Below are positions 1 through 12,072 of a stretch of DNA of 40,201 bases, one piece after another. The notes beneath the pieces were generated by a model, which had not been told where the DNA came from, ran no database searches, and saw only the letters and a list, made by a program, of their open reading frames with translations. How positions within the stretch are numbered: position 1 is the stretch's first letter; the number at the start of each line of letters is the position of its first letter. The translations under genes and the position numbers were made by a program. This DNA comes from Octopus bimaculoides (Eukaryota): contig NC_068988.1 of the NCBI RefSeq assembly GCF_001194135.2, forward strand, positions 68,540,191 through 68,580,391. Direction: 5' to 3'.

Positions 1-168
1 ATAACATACAGAAAATTGCACTACTGGGTACTGCACACATTCTACGCAAAACACTTTCAATACAGTAAACATAAGAGCACCACAGCAAACCACAGCACAT
101 ACCCAAGGCGCACAGAGCTGCGCTCGGTAGTGAAGTGAAAGAACGTTATAAAAATAAAACTACTGAAC
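1..168 (+). mobile_element. 3' end of R4/Dong-like non-LTR retrotransposon (copy 1)
   Basis: Translates as NIQKIALLGTAHILRKTLSIQ*, the typical R4-clade ORF C-terminus, followed by a short 3' UTR and a (TAA)n tail at 169-207. Confidence 0.8.

Positions 169-207
<39 letters not shown>
169..207 (+). repeat. (TAA)n microsatellite, tail or target of the Dong-like element
   Basis: Perfect TAA run seen directly. Confidence 0.95.
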
Positions 208-208
<1 letters not shown>

Positions 209-244
209 TGATCAAGCCTTCAATTAGAGTTCAGTTTCCCTCCT

Positions 245-1275
245 TAACACCGACTGGATGATACTGCTGGTAAGACAACACGAACAGAGTTGACTTACCA
301 GCTGTAGGATAAACTGCACTCAATCTCAAAGGAGGCATATAAATACAGACGAATGCTTAACCTCCCACTATGGCAGTAAAAATGTGTAAAACAAAAGCCA
401 AACAAGAAAGCTTACCAGGAAATATCAAGACTGTGGAAAGAAAACAACCTTTGCATGGGCAATACCTCAAACGGACTGGGAAGCTGATATAGATAAAAGA
501 ATAACGTATCAGTGGCTGCAGAGTGTTTGTTTGAAAGCCGAAATAGAAGGGCTTATTCTGGTATCACAAGACCAGTATCTCCTCACCCGGAACTATCATG
601 CACATGCCAGACACAATGAAGAAGACACATAATGTAGAGTCTGCAGTGACAAAGCTGAAAGTATTGACCACATTGTTGCCGGTTGCTCACTCCTAGCCCC
701 TACAGAATATAAAACCAAGCATGATCGAATTGATCAAAACTTGTACTGGAGAATATGCCGTCACTATGGTGTATCGCACCCTAAGAACTGGTATGAACAC
801 CATCCAGAGCCAGTTACTGAGAGACAGAGTATTACCATCCTATGAGATTATGTAATACATACAGAGAGGCACATAAATTTTAACAGACCACACATCGTCA
901 TCAAAGACCAAAAACAAAAGACATACCTGTTAACTGACATAACTGTGCCTACTGACAGAAACATATAAGCAAAAGAATTTGAAAAACTGTCGAAATATAA
1001 GTACCTTTAGATTGAGATATCAAGCACGTGACAATTAAAAACCAAAACCATCCTTGTTTCTGTAGGTGCCCTGGGAATGAACTAGAAAGGTAGGGACACA
1101 TTTTTTTTACCAGATCCCTGAGAAACCAATAATCTATGAGACTCAAGAAATTGTGCTGACATCAACTGCCCACATTCTCAGGAAGTTTCCCTTCATCTAA
1201 TATATACGAGCATTAGGTGTCTAGCTGAAGACCAGTCGTAAGATGAAATAAAATGCAACTCAATCGGAAAATGAT
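245..1275 (+). mobile_element. 5'-truncated, decayed R4/Dong-like LINE (copy 2) with CCHC knuckle and restriction-like endonuclease
   Basis: Frameshifted translation: PLHGQY...EGLILVSQDQ...CRVCSDKAESIDHIVAGC (CCHC)...HDR...WYEHHPEPV...NRPHIVIKD...DITVP...KEFEKLSKY...STAHILRK...* (stop at 1198-1200), with several in-frame stops. Confidence 0.88.
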
Positions 1276-1287
1276 AACAATAGTTAT

Positions 1288-1288
1288 A

Positions 1289-1325
<37 letters not shown>

Positions 1326-1515
1326 CGAAGACGACGACGACGACGACGATGATGATGATGATGATGATGATGATTATGATGACGACGATGACGAAAACGA
1401 CGACGATGACGACAACGACGACGATGATGAAAATGATGATGATGACGACGACGATGATGATGACGACGATGATCATGACGACGATGATGATAATGACGAC
1501 GACGACGACGACGAC

Positions 1516-1546
<31 letters not shown>

Positions 1547-1619
1547 GTGGTGTTGATGATGATGGTGATGATGATGATGATGATGATGTTGATGATGATG
1601 ATGGTGTTGATGATGATGA
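1288..1619 (+). repeat. Compound (GAT)n/(GAC)n microsatellite
   Basis: Seen directly; it produces the poly-His, poly-Met and poly-Ile ORFs at 1193-1756. Confidence 0.95.
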
Positions 1620-2228
1620 AACTTTCCTGTAATGGTGACAACAACCCAAGACATGGAAGACAAAATCAAAGAGATGATACAAGACACAAAATAAGTGGGG
1701 TTTACATCGATCAAGGTTAAACATATAACATTAAAGGATATAACTAAAGGATACAAATAATAGAAATAGAAATAAGATAAATAGATAATGAATCAATCGA
1801 ATCCGCAAAATTTAAACAATGAAATTCAGCAAAAGCGGGGAGTTCCACTGACCAAGGAGCCTCCACACACACACCCTTGTTACGCCAAGGACACTTCAGG
1901 CTGGTACCTCACTTCCTCTGAGGTATTTCGTCCTGCAAACGCATGTATGGAGTAGGCCCATTCACTCAGGCCATTCTCGCCACGTACATCGAGCTTTCAA
2001 CAATACTAGAATGAATCAGTTACCTCTCCATCCTGATTTTCCTTGTCGAGAGGAGCCTGAAGAAGTTGATGCGAGCTTGGCCGAAGAGGAAAGTATCTGT
2101 CTTCAGTCCTTTCAATCTCGTCTACCACACTATCTCTTTCGCTATAGCCACCAGTCAAAAGAAAACTGACTTCGTCACGATGGACTCAGCTGATAACCGG
2201 ATCAGTCTTACACGCGTCAACAGGAATA
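1620..2228 (-). mobile_element. 3' end of an L1/Tx1-like LINE (decayed)
   Basis: Minus strand reads TRVRLIRLSAESIV..VFF*LVAIAKEIVW*TRLKGLKTDTFLFGQARINFF...RKIRMER, resembling the segment after the zinc knuckle in Tx1/L1-type ORF2. It runs through a 3' UTR into a (TCA)n tail. Clade assigned from memory. Confidence 0.55.
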
Positions 2229-2352
2229 ATTGAGTTAATAGCAGTTGTAATTATTGCAACATTTCTATCAATAACGGACATTATTGATTAGTCTGCGGTA
2301 ATGATACCATCACGGCATTTACTCATGGTAACCGTTCCACTATCAGAAACAT

Positions 2353-2369
2353 TAATAATAATAATAATA

Positions 2370-2404
<35 letters not shown>

Positions 2405-2407
2405 AAC

Positions 2408-2475
<68 letters not shown>
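2353..2475 (+). repeat. Compound (TAA)n(TGA)n(TAA)n microsatellite
   Basis: Seen directly. Confidence 0.95.
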
Positions 2476-3260
2476 GATAACGGGCAGCAACAAATTGAGG
2501 AGTGATGGAGCCAGAAGCCACTGCATGGACAGAATGCTGATGTAGGCCAAGCAGTAACCCATCAGTAACTGAGAAGCTCAGGACTGGAAGCAAAGTCTGA
2601 AGGTCTCATATTGGCGGCACAAGATCAAAGCTTGCCCACGAAAAACTACCAGGCCAACGTTCTTCAAAACAGTTCTGACCCTAAATGCAGATTCTGCGAT
2701 AGATTTGATAAAACAATAGATCCTATAGCCTTGGGATGTCCTGTGCTGACACCAAACGAATAAAAAAATCGCCACGATAGTGTAGGGCAGTATTTATATT
2801 GGAAAATATGTAAACACTACAAAATTAACAGTGCTGCTTAATGGTATGAACATCATCCTGAGCCAATCATTGAAGGTAAAAATGTCACTATCCTCTGAGA
2901 TTTTCCAGTCAACATCGACAGAACGATCCAGGCTAATCGACCAGACATAGTCATTAAAGATAGAGAAGAAAATTCTTGTAGACTAATAGATGTAAGTGTT
3001 CCTACTAATAAAAATATATCTGTAAAGGAATTTGATGACCGCAGTCAAATGACTGAAACAAGTAAAAGAGTAAAAGGATCTGGAAATTGAAATACAAAAG
3101 ATGTAGCATCATAAAGCGAGAACTGTTCCTGTAATTGTGGGTGCCCTACGTATGATAAGAAAGGAATGTCAGAAACATCTAGATAATATCCCAGATGAAC
3201 CACGTCTCAGAGAAATCCAAAAGACTCTGCTGACAAGTACTGCTAACATACCGACACTGA
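2476..3260 (+). mobile_element. Decayed R4/Dong-like LINE fragment (copy 3), interrupted by a SINE tail
   Basis: KPLHGQ...SEGLILAAQDQSLPTKNY...CRFCDRFDKTID...GCP...RHDSVGQYLYWKICKHY...WYEHHPEP...ANRPDIVIKD...IDVSVP...KEFD/DLEIEIQK...EIQKTLLTSTANI. Homologous to copy 2 and starts directly after (TAA)n. Confidence 0.88.
3037..3076 (+). mobile_element. 3'-terminal fragment of the microsatellite-bearing SINE family, inserted into Dong copy 3
   Basis: gaccgcagtcaaatgactgaaacaagtaaaagagtaaaag matches the SINE 3' end at about 30715-30745 (ggctacactcaaatgactgaaacaactaaaa). Confidence 0.7.
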
Positions 3261-3289
3261 AATGATTAAAGGAAAAGTGGGCCCAGGGA

Positions 3290-3570
3290 AATTTGAACTT
3301 GGCGTGCTAACGAATTTCACCCGGCGTGCTAACGAATCTGCCACCTCGCCGCCTTAATCATTTTAAATTCTGGATGCAGGCCAGCAATTGTGGGTGTAAA
3401 CGTGAGTCGATTACATCAATCTCAGTCCTCAAAGGATACTTATTTTATCGATTATCAAATGATGAAAGCAAAGTTGATCTCTGCGGAATTTGAACTCAGA
3501 ACGTGGAAACGGACGGAATGCCGCTAAGCATATTACCCAGCGTGCTAGCGATTCTGCCTAATCACCACCC
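3290..3570 (-). mobile_element. tRNA-derived SINE (family A, possibly Meta-domain type) plus a rearranged second head at 3290-3352
   Basis: The reverse complement of 3361-3570 aligns with the copies at 19017-19234 and 20635-20840 (head gaatcgctagcacgc, B-box gagttcaaattc, ctttcatc...gataaaataagt core). Confidence 0.75.
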
Positions 3571-3795
3571 AGATGATGATAATATTAACAACAAAATCAA
3601 TGATAGAACCAACAAAAGTTGTAATAATAATTATGATAATTTTATCGATAATATTATCAATAATTTATCACCGTAGCCTGACACTACTTATAGTTGTGAT
3701 TTCGTACTAATCTACCAACGTATTATATATAAACCACTTGCACCACTGAAGTATCTTATATTAAATTATGGTTATTACTATTGTTAGGCTTCATA

Positions 3796-3892
3796 TCTTC
3801 TTCTTCTTCTTCTTCTTCTTCTTCTTCTTCTTCTTCTTCTTCTTCTTCTTCTTCTTCGTCTTCTCCTCCACCTCCTCCTCCTCATCCTTCTC
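3796..3892 (+). repeat. (TTC)n/(CTC)n microsatellite
   Basis: Seen directly. Confidence 0.95.
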
Positions 3893-5315
3893 CTACATAC
3901 TCTTCTCTACTTCTTTTTATAGGTATTAACATTGTCTTGCTTTTAAACATTTTTATTCTCATATTATACTTCCATTTTGTTTTTACCGTATATTAGCAAC
4001 ATTCAATACATGTTCGTCGTACAGTGAAAGAGCACACGTCTTAAGCTAGTGCCATTCCAAAATAATCAACAGCAAATATTGCGTAAAGGCTTAAATGTTC
4101 CCATTTACATTCATTAGAAAAGTTGTTGTACCAAAACAGTTCTAAGAAACTATGAAGATGTGATAAATTCATTCTTTGTCATACTTGTATTATATACGCG
4201 TGCGTGCTAGTTTTCTGTAAAACCATTATGTGTGTGGTATGTGTTTACGTCTATAAGCGTTAATGTGAGCGCGCGCAGTGTGTACGCTCTATATAATTTG
4301 TAGTTGTTATTAGTCTCAATGGCACAAGCGGTAAAACAAAATGCATTGGGATTTTTTTTTTTTTCTAATTATTTGGGTTCTGCATCCTAATCCCTACGAC
4401 AGTCAACAAAGTTTTTTATCCGTTCGGGTTTATCCCCTGGTCTCAAAATTGCTGGACTTGCGTCTAAATCATAAATAATTTGTAGTGTTCTAATTCTATT
4501 TTCGAGCAAAAATCCTCCTTCCACCATTAGCTTAACTCCCCATACACACAAACACACACACACACACAGAACAAGATATGTTCATACGTGTAATATGTAT
4601 TTTTACTCTTGTAAGTTTGTATGTATTTATGTGTTTATGAGTGTGTTTATGAGTGTTTACTTGGGATTTATATATAGTACAGTCATACAATGTTACAGTA
4701 ATATAACCATTTCCAATGATATTACTTTATGAAACGTGTATTTTAGTAATAATACTTGAATATAAAAAATAGGAGGAAAAATATAAATTAGTGAGCAGCT
4801 GCATGTCAGAAATCGATAACATTGTATTGATTTCACACTGATATAATCACCTATTTTGCAAGCGGTAACTAAACTAGACATCCTGAAAAATTTTATTAAA
4901 TATAATTCAATGCATTCTTAGTTGAAAAGTCGTGTTTAATAGCATTATATTTGTATGTGATATTCTCAGTAAAACAACATCAAATGTGAACTGTACGCGA
5001 CAATCCTTTAATCCTTTGTAAGACATTTTCCGTTTGGACATATACAAATCAGCGCAATATATATATATATATATACATATTTGTTGATATATACGCTTAT
5101 ACATGTATGTGTGAGTGTATAGATGCACACGCATACACACACATATATGTTAGCGTTATAAGACTGCAAACAAATCTATAGACACTGGGTAAAAACATTA
5201 ATTTGCAAAAATAGGTCGAAACCTGCTCGTGAAACTCGAACGTACAACATAGTTTTATAAACTCCGTGTATGATCGTTGCAAACAAGTGCGTGTGTGTGT
5301 GTGTGTGTGTATCCC

Positions 5316-5653
<338 letters not shown>

Positions 5654-5654
5654 A

Positions 5655-5845
5655 AAATAACATCGAAAAATACCTTACGAATGAGAACCCAGGTTCAAAA
5701 TTTCCTCAAGACACATGATGAAGGCTGGGGGGCATGGTATATCAGCCGAAACGTTGTGTTAACAACAAACAAAATGAGGATAGGCATCCGTCAAATATAA
5801 ATAATGTAAATAATGTAAATAATTATTCCATTTCAATGTAGAAAA
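5655..5845 (+). mobile_element. Penelope-like pseudo-LTR or small hammerhead-carrying retroelement, right arm of the inverted pair
   Basis: Inverted copy of 5316-5505, with short TAAATAATG repeats near its 3' end. Confidence 0.6.
5710..5760 (+). ncRNA. Minimal type I hammerhead ribozyme motif (degenerate: CUGAUGA>AUGAUGA)
   Basis: GACAC-ATGATGA-A-GGCTG-ggggcatggtatat-CAGCC-GAAA-CGTT-GTGTT. Stem II GGCTG/CAGCC is perfect, GAAA is intact at 5748-5751, and stem I is GACAC/GTGTT. Confidence 0.6.
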
Positions 5846-6304
5846 CGAAGACAATGTCATATTCTGAACTTTAGAGGAAAATTTTGCTTATTTTACTGTA
5901 CCACTTTTTGATTTCACTTGCATTGTGCATGGTAACTGGTTGATTTTTTTATGTTTCTGAAAACGTAAGATCATGCACATTTTTACTTCGGCATTTAATA
6001 AAAACAAAGAATTCAACAGTTATTTTCGGTATGAATAGGAATTTAAAATTTGGGTATAGAGGCTGCTCGTTGAAGCATTTTTCCGTAGTTATAATTTTTT
6101 TTATTTTCGAAGAGATATTTTCATCAACAGCCAGCTGACCTTGAGGACGGTATCCAATTTCCATGTCAGTTCCAATAATAATACTAGCGTTGGTGTTTAT
6201 GTATGTATTTAATACTAGAGGAGTATGTATGGTTGCATAGTACATACTTATCTGAAAACACCTATCTCTTTCTCTCTCTCTCTGTCTCTCTCTGTCTCTC
6301 TCTG

Positions 6305-6335
<31 letters not shown>

Positions 6336-7676
6336 GTATATGTATATATATATATATATATATATANNNNNNNNNNNNNNNNNNNNNNNNNNNNNNNNNN
6401 NNNNNNNNNNNNNNNNNNNNNNNNNNNNNNNNNNNNNNNNNNNATATATATAATATAAGTATGTATGTGTATGTGGGTGTGTATATGCATGTCTGTATAA
6501 CTATGTACCTCCAGTATTCATAATTTAATTCGCTAAAATTCTATAGTACCACTGAAATACGAAAACTGAATTGATCGTTTTGTCAAGATTAGGTGTGTTC
6601 TTGTTTTTATTATTGTTGATACTGCTGCTACTTTATACAGAAAGATGTAAGTATTTGACAGAAACAACTTTGTCCTATTAATATATCGATCGCAAAGAAT
6701 CAAAATCTGAAAGCAACTGTTTGAATTTAGATGCAGAATACTAAGGTATACGAAATATAATTTACGCAACTAAACTTGCTTTTCCAATTTCTCTGCTCTC
6801 TTATTAGATCTTTTTGTATAAAACGATGATTTCTGCTAAATTTATGGTGTGTCTTAGTGGGGTAGATTCAGTGGAAATTATAAGATTTGCTTGTGGACTC
6901 TAGACGATATGTTAATGTATAATTTACTTATACTATTTTGAAAAGTGTTGGAGATCATAACTCGGTATGATGTTATTCTGATACTTCATGGTTTAATCAT
7001 TAACATACATTTTATTCTTCTATGTAGAAACGTTATGTGTCTGTCGATTATATAATTAGTATGGATTTTTCTTTTAAATTGAAATTCAACTAAAATAATT
7101 TGTAATCAGTCTGGTTGTACCAATGTTCGTTTGGGAAGTTAACCATTATTTGATTGGGAAGTTAACTACAAACTTTCTTTGGCCTATTTGTTTGATATTT
7201 TTCAATACATATGCGATTGCTGCAACGTTTGCAATGAAGTTAAAAGCCTTATACATATTTCATAAAATAATACAAGACTCTTCATGACAAAATCCTAACT
7301 GTTTGTCGTTGTTTTAGTTTAGCTTTGTGAAAGCCTCGATCGCGTTGTGACTAGATATTTTCCAGATATGGCAATGCCTTACTAGCAAAAACTGACTATA
7401 TTTCTACAATCGCCATCAACCAACGTGTCCTTCCATTGCTTTGAAATGTTAGGATATGATACGAGTAAAATTTGGTAACGATTTCTAGTAGTCTGAATGA
7501 TGACAGAAAATACCTCTTTTCACTTAAAGTATTGGACCATCAAAGGTGAAGATAACTTTCTGAAGAAAATCTTCTGTGCAAATCAATATCCCAATACATA
7601 CATACATGCATACATACATCCATACATACATACATACATACATATATATACATATATATATATGTATATACATATG

Positions 7677-7753
<77 letters not shown>

Positions 7754-8589
7754 TTAGTACCATTTGCGTTTTTGAAGAACTAAAGCTTAGAAGTTACAGT
7801 TAGCAAAGAAAGTCGATGAAATATCATTCGATGTAATATATCTAACGGCAACTGAGAGGTTACGATCCCTCTTGTCATCACATGCGCAGCATTTAGATTA
7901 TCTTCTGCTGTATATGTAATGACAAATGCGTGAGTAAGTTATCTCTTTCACTGAAATAGGAAAGAAAATCTGATGCACATAGTATTAAAAGGAATAGCCA
8001 TTATGGACACATATGAGTATTTAAACTTAAGTTACAAACGTTGGCTTTTTTTCCTTTGAAAGGAATGCATTGAAAATGTCATCACCTAATCTGTTATGTG
8101 AACAAAGTATCGAAATATTGTCGGTCAATTTCAAGAAATCGTTTATGTTGAACATAAACTGGAAAATATCAGTAATTTACCACTCAAAAGGTCCATTTGC
8201 GTACGAATTGAAGCGTATAAGAATTTAATTTAACTGAATCCATGGCTCAAAATTAATACGAAGACCAGGAATGGCATGACACTGAATGTTTTGACATCAG
8301 CAGGAGACCCCACTTAATGCTGTGATAAGATATTGACAGTGATTTGAAAAGCAAAATATATCGCAGAAATCAGTCATTGTTCGCAGATTTCAAAAGGCGA
8401 TATCAGGATGGCCTTTACAATAACTAAATTAATGTTAGAAAGGGAAAGGAAGCAAATTCGCAAGATACAAAATATGTTGTTGGAAGGGTTGTTTAGCACC
8501 ACACAAATCTGATCGAATACATACATTCACATACATAGCCACACCCACACAAGCACACAAATGCACACGAACAAACACAGAGGCATTGG

Positions 8590-8749
8590 GCATGGCTGTG
8601 TGGCTACGAAGCTATCTCTGGAACGGCACTGTTTTGGATTCAGTAACACAGCACAGAAAATATAGCAAAATTCAAAGTCATCCGATGTCCTGTGAGTGAA
8701 TTTGGTAGACAGAAATCTGAGAAAGCCCATCGTGCATATATATGTATAT
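8590..8749 (+). mobile_element. 5' half of the microsatellite-bearing SINE family (family B), running into (TA)n and a gap
   Basis: catggctgtgtgg head and gtgagtgaatttggtagacagaaa...gaaagcccatcgt match 30345-30400. Confidence 0.6.
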
Positions 8750-9494
8750 NNNNNNNNNNNNNNNNNNNNNNNNNNNNNNNNNNNNNNNNNNNNNNNNNNN
8801 NNNNNNNNNNNNNNNNNNNNNNNNNNNNNNNNNNNNNNNNNNNNNNNNNNNNNNNNNNNNNNNNNNNNNNNNNNNNNNNNNNNNNNNNNNNNNNNNNNNN
8901 NNNNNNNNNNNNNNNNNNNNNNNNNNNNNNNNNNNNNNNNNNNNNNNNNNNNNNNNNNNNNNNNNNNNNNNNNNNNNNNNNNNNNNNNNNNNNNNNNNNN
9001 NNNNNNNNNNNNNNNNNNNNNNNNNNNNNNNNNNNNNNNNNNNNNNNNNNNNNNNNNNNNNNNNNNNNNNNNNNNNNNNNNNNNNNNNNNNNNNNNNNNN
9101 NNNNNNNNNNNNNNNNNNNNNNNNNNNNATATATATATATATATATATATATATAGCTCTTGAAAAGGGTACCTAACTAGCTTTAACAATTTCATCTGGG
9201 CTGGTCTCTTGACTCACTCCTATGACGTCATGTACATATTACCTATGAATATGCTTATTATGTAAGTTGTAGTCATCTTGAACCAGCTGTCGAGATAAGA
9301 CGTAACATAATTTATTTCGCAATCTGTATTTTGTGCGCCATGTGAATATATGCCTCAACCCCAACTATATTTATGTACCTGAATACCTCTCTCTCTCTCT
9401 CTCTCTCACTCTGTATATATATGCTTATGTATTTGCAACTTGGAAATTCTTGTTTTGGCAAAAGAAACAGATAGAATAAGAACCAGACAAAGAA

Positions 9495-9590
9495 TATGTA
9501 CTGGAGTCGATTAATTCGACTTACTATCAAACGGGTGCTCCAGCATGGACTCAATTCAATGGCTAATAGAAGGAAAAGATAAAAGCTTTA
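9495..9590 (+). mobile_element. 3' fragment of SINE family B
   Basis: gtactggagtcgattaattcgac...ggtgctccagcatgg matches 30662-30720. Confidence 0.55.
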
Positions 9591-9845
9591 TACCTATACA
9601 AATGTGTGTGTATGTGTCTGTTTGCGTGTGTGTGTATATGTGTGTGTATGTGTGTGTGTGTGTGCGTGTGTGTGTATTGAAGTTGTTCGCTGTTTTATTG
9701 AGAATGATGGTTGAGCCTAAAATGTTCAACAGTAGTTGACTGATGAAAGCAACTTAGAAGTAGACTCATAAGTACCACCGAAGTTCTAGCAAATAAATGA
9801 TGTTCCAGGCCGTGAAATATCAATCTTCATGAGTCACAGATGTGA

Positions 9846-9896
<51 letters not shown>

Positions 9897-10375
9897 GTCT
9901 TCCCCTTTTTCTCTATCACATGACTCTGTAAATGAACAAGAAGAAGAAGAAGAAGAAGAAGAAGAAGAAGAATTGTCCGTCAGTTCAAAGACAAGCAATT
10001 AACATCAATATCGATATTTTGTTTTCAATAATGAGGTATCTGTTAATATTGAGATATATAATAATTATATCCATCGGTGAAAGTCAACTGGGTTATCAAT
10101 AAATATGACTATTCAAAAATCAATCACACCGATTTATTTGATTATGTTTAATATTAAGATCAAGTAATTGAAAATAAATCAATACCATATGTGCAGTGAT
10201 CAGTTACTGTAGATGCATGTAGCATCTATGTGGCTACGGTTCAATATTTAGCAAAGAAATATGGTAATAGCTATCCAAATCAACAATCATACCCACGTAC
10301 ATGGAAATAGGTATACATGTTTGAGCATATGGACTTATATATCTATGTGTGTAATTTGCATTCATCTATAGATGC

Positions 10376-10768
10376 CATGTGGAGGCGCAATGGCCAAGTG
10401 GCTAGGGCAGCGGACTCGCGGTCATAGGATCACGGTTTCGATTCCCAGACCGTGCGTCGTGAGTGTTTGTTGAGCGAAAACACTTAAAAGCTCTACGAGG
10501 CTCCGGCAGGGGATGGTGGCGAACCCTGCTGTACTCTTTCACCACAACTTTCTCTCACTCTTTCTTCCTGTTTCTGTTGTGCCTGTAATTCAAAGGGTCA
10601 GCCTTGTCACACTGTGTCACACTGAATATCCCCAAGAACTACATTAAGGGTACACGTGTCTGTGGAGTGCTCAGCCACTTGCACGTTAATTTCATGAGTA
10701 GGCTGTTCTGTTGATAGGATCAACTGGAACCCTCGACGTCGTAAGCGACGGAGTGCCTACAACAACAT
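10376..10768 (+). mobile_element. Full-length tRNA-derived SINE (family C, possibly Deu/Nin-domain type)
   Basis: tRNA-like head with A-box tggccaagtgg and B-box ggtttcgattccc; the body matches 23525-23760; ends in a (CAA)n-like tail. Confidence 0.85.
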
Positions 10769-10789
10769 AGATGCAATGCACAGAGATTG

Positions 10790-11525
10790 TATACTGGAAT
10801 CACTGTATGAATTGAATTTTACAACATGCATCCTTATCCAAGCTATCCGACCAAGGCTGATCAAACCTGCTTCAATGCACCAAAAATTCTACTGACCATA
10901 CCAACTACGCCTTTTCCACTAGAGCCAGGTAGATGCTTTCTTAGATGCCCATACGTTTTCTTCATGACTCATGAGTGAGATCCTGAAATGCCTAGCTTTT
11001 CATAGGCCTCACTGAGAGCTTGACCTGCAAACACTCAACTGCTAACATTCATAGGAAAACACCTTGCTGTTCACATATTATTGCGGTAGTGATCTTCCCA
11101 GTGCTGATACTTGTTCCTTTTCCTCTCTTGACAACTCCTACATTCTTACCTCCAAGGGTACAGTTAACTTCAGAAGGTCAAGCTGCTTTGTTACCCTTGA
11201 AACTAATATAATGTCTGATCTTAGCAAGGTCTGGGCAACTTGCATTAGAAAATTTAGATGTTTCTCTAGATCAGCTTCTTACTATCGTTTTGGAGAAAGT
11301 AGTCCTTCAAATGCACACCAAGTTCTTTTAGTTGTACTCTCTCCCTCTTCGACGAAGGTTATACTTCAGGTTGTAGTGCTACCATTTTTGCTGTCGCTGG
11401 TCCCCTTATTGACTCCGTTGGGGATAGTTCTGAGAACCTGATCGTATCGTCAGCAGTGGCCTCCTCTTGCTACATTGAAGCAAGTGCAGTCATGTAGAGG
11501 TAGAAGGTGAGTCCCATATAAATAG
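10790..11525 (-). mobile_element. 3' end of a HERO-like (REL-endonuclease) non-LTR retrotransposon, decayed
   Basis: Minus strand: ...GGHC*RYDQVLRTI...SITFVEEGE...GLL...DLEKHLNF..VAQTLLRSDILLVSRVTKQLDLLKLTVPLEVRM...TARCFPMNVS..FAGQALSEAYEKLGISG...KASTWL. This follows the HERO-type pattern GRYRWRHDQVL...RPD...ELTVPWE...GFAGQSL...EKASRWLW. Confidence 0.75.
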
Positions 11526-12025
11526 ACCAGTTGAGAAAGAAAATTAGTCAGGTTCATAGACAGGGGTACATTATATAATATTGTGGTATGCATATAGAGA
11601 AATAAAAGACAATACATACATGTGCATGCGCAAACACACACACATACAAACACACACCGTCTCAATGCGCTGTGTATGTACGCTAGATAACTAGTTATGT
11701 TAGAGTTCACTATAATATATAGCACTCCAAATTAACATTTATGGACGTTTTGCAAAATTACTCTGTTGCATTAATTATATTGACTGTAATACATTAACAG
11801 GGCAAAGTATATTAACAGGGTAAAGAACTATTTACTAAGTAAGAGAATTTTTTTATAAATTGAAGTTTTCAGGGAAGTTTATTTTCTGAACTTCCTTTTA
11901 TTATTGAATATTTCAAGTTCACAAAATTAAATATTCGGTACAAGATACATTTTAGCGAACTTTTATTTATATGATATTTCTACTTCATGTTTATTTCATT
12001 CATTGTTTGCAATGACCTCTCCCAT

Positions 12026-12072
<47 letters not shown>

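Noticed and set aside
1193-1756. Long His/Met/Ile-rich ORFs here and the many (YI)n, (CV)n and (HT)n ORFs elsewhere
   Set aside because: They are translations of tri- and dinucleotide microsatellites or N-gaps, and appear in several frames at once.
9740-9770. CTGATGA hammerhead-like box
   Set aside because: Short stem followed by AGAAG, with no GAAA and no stem I partner.
10376-10450. tRNA gene
   Set aside because: It is the head of a SINE continuing into a repeated body; no full cloverleaf or acceptor stem.
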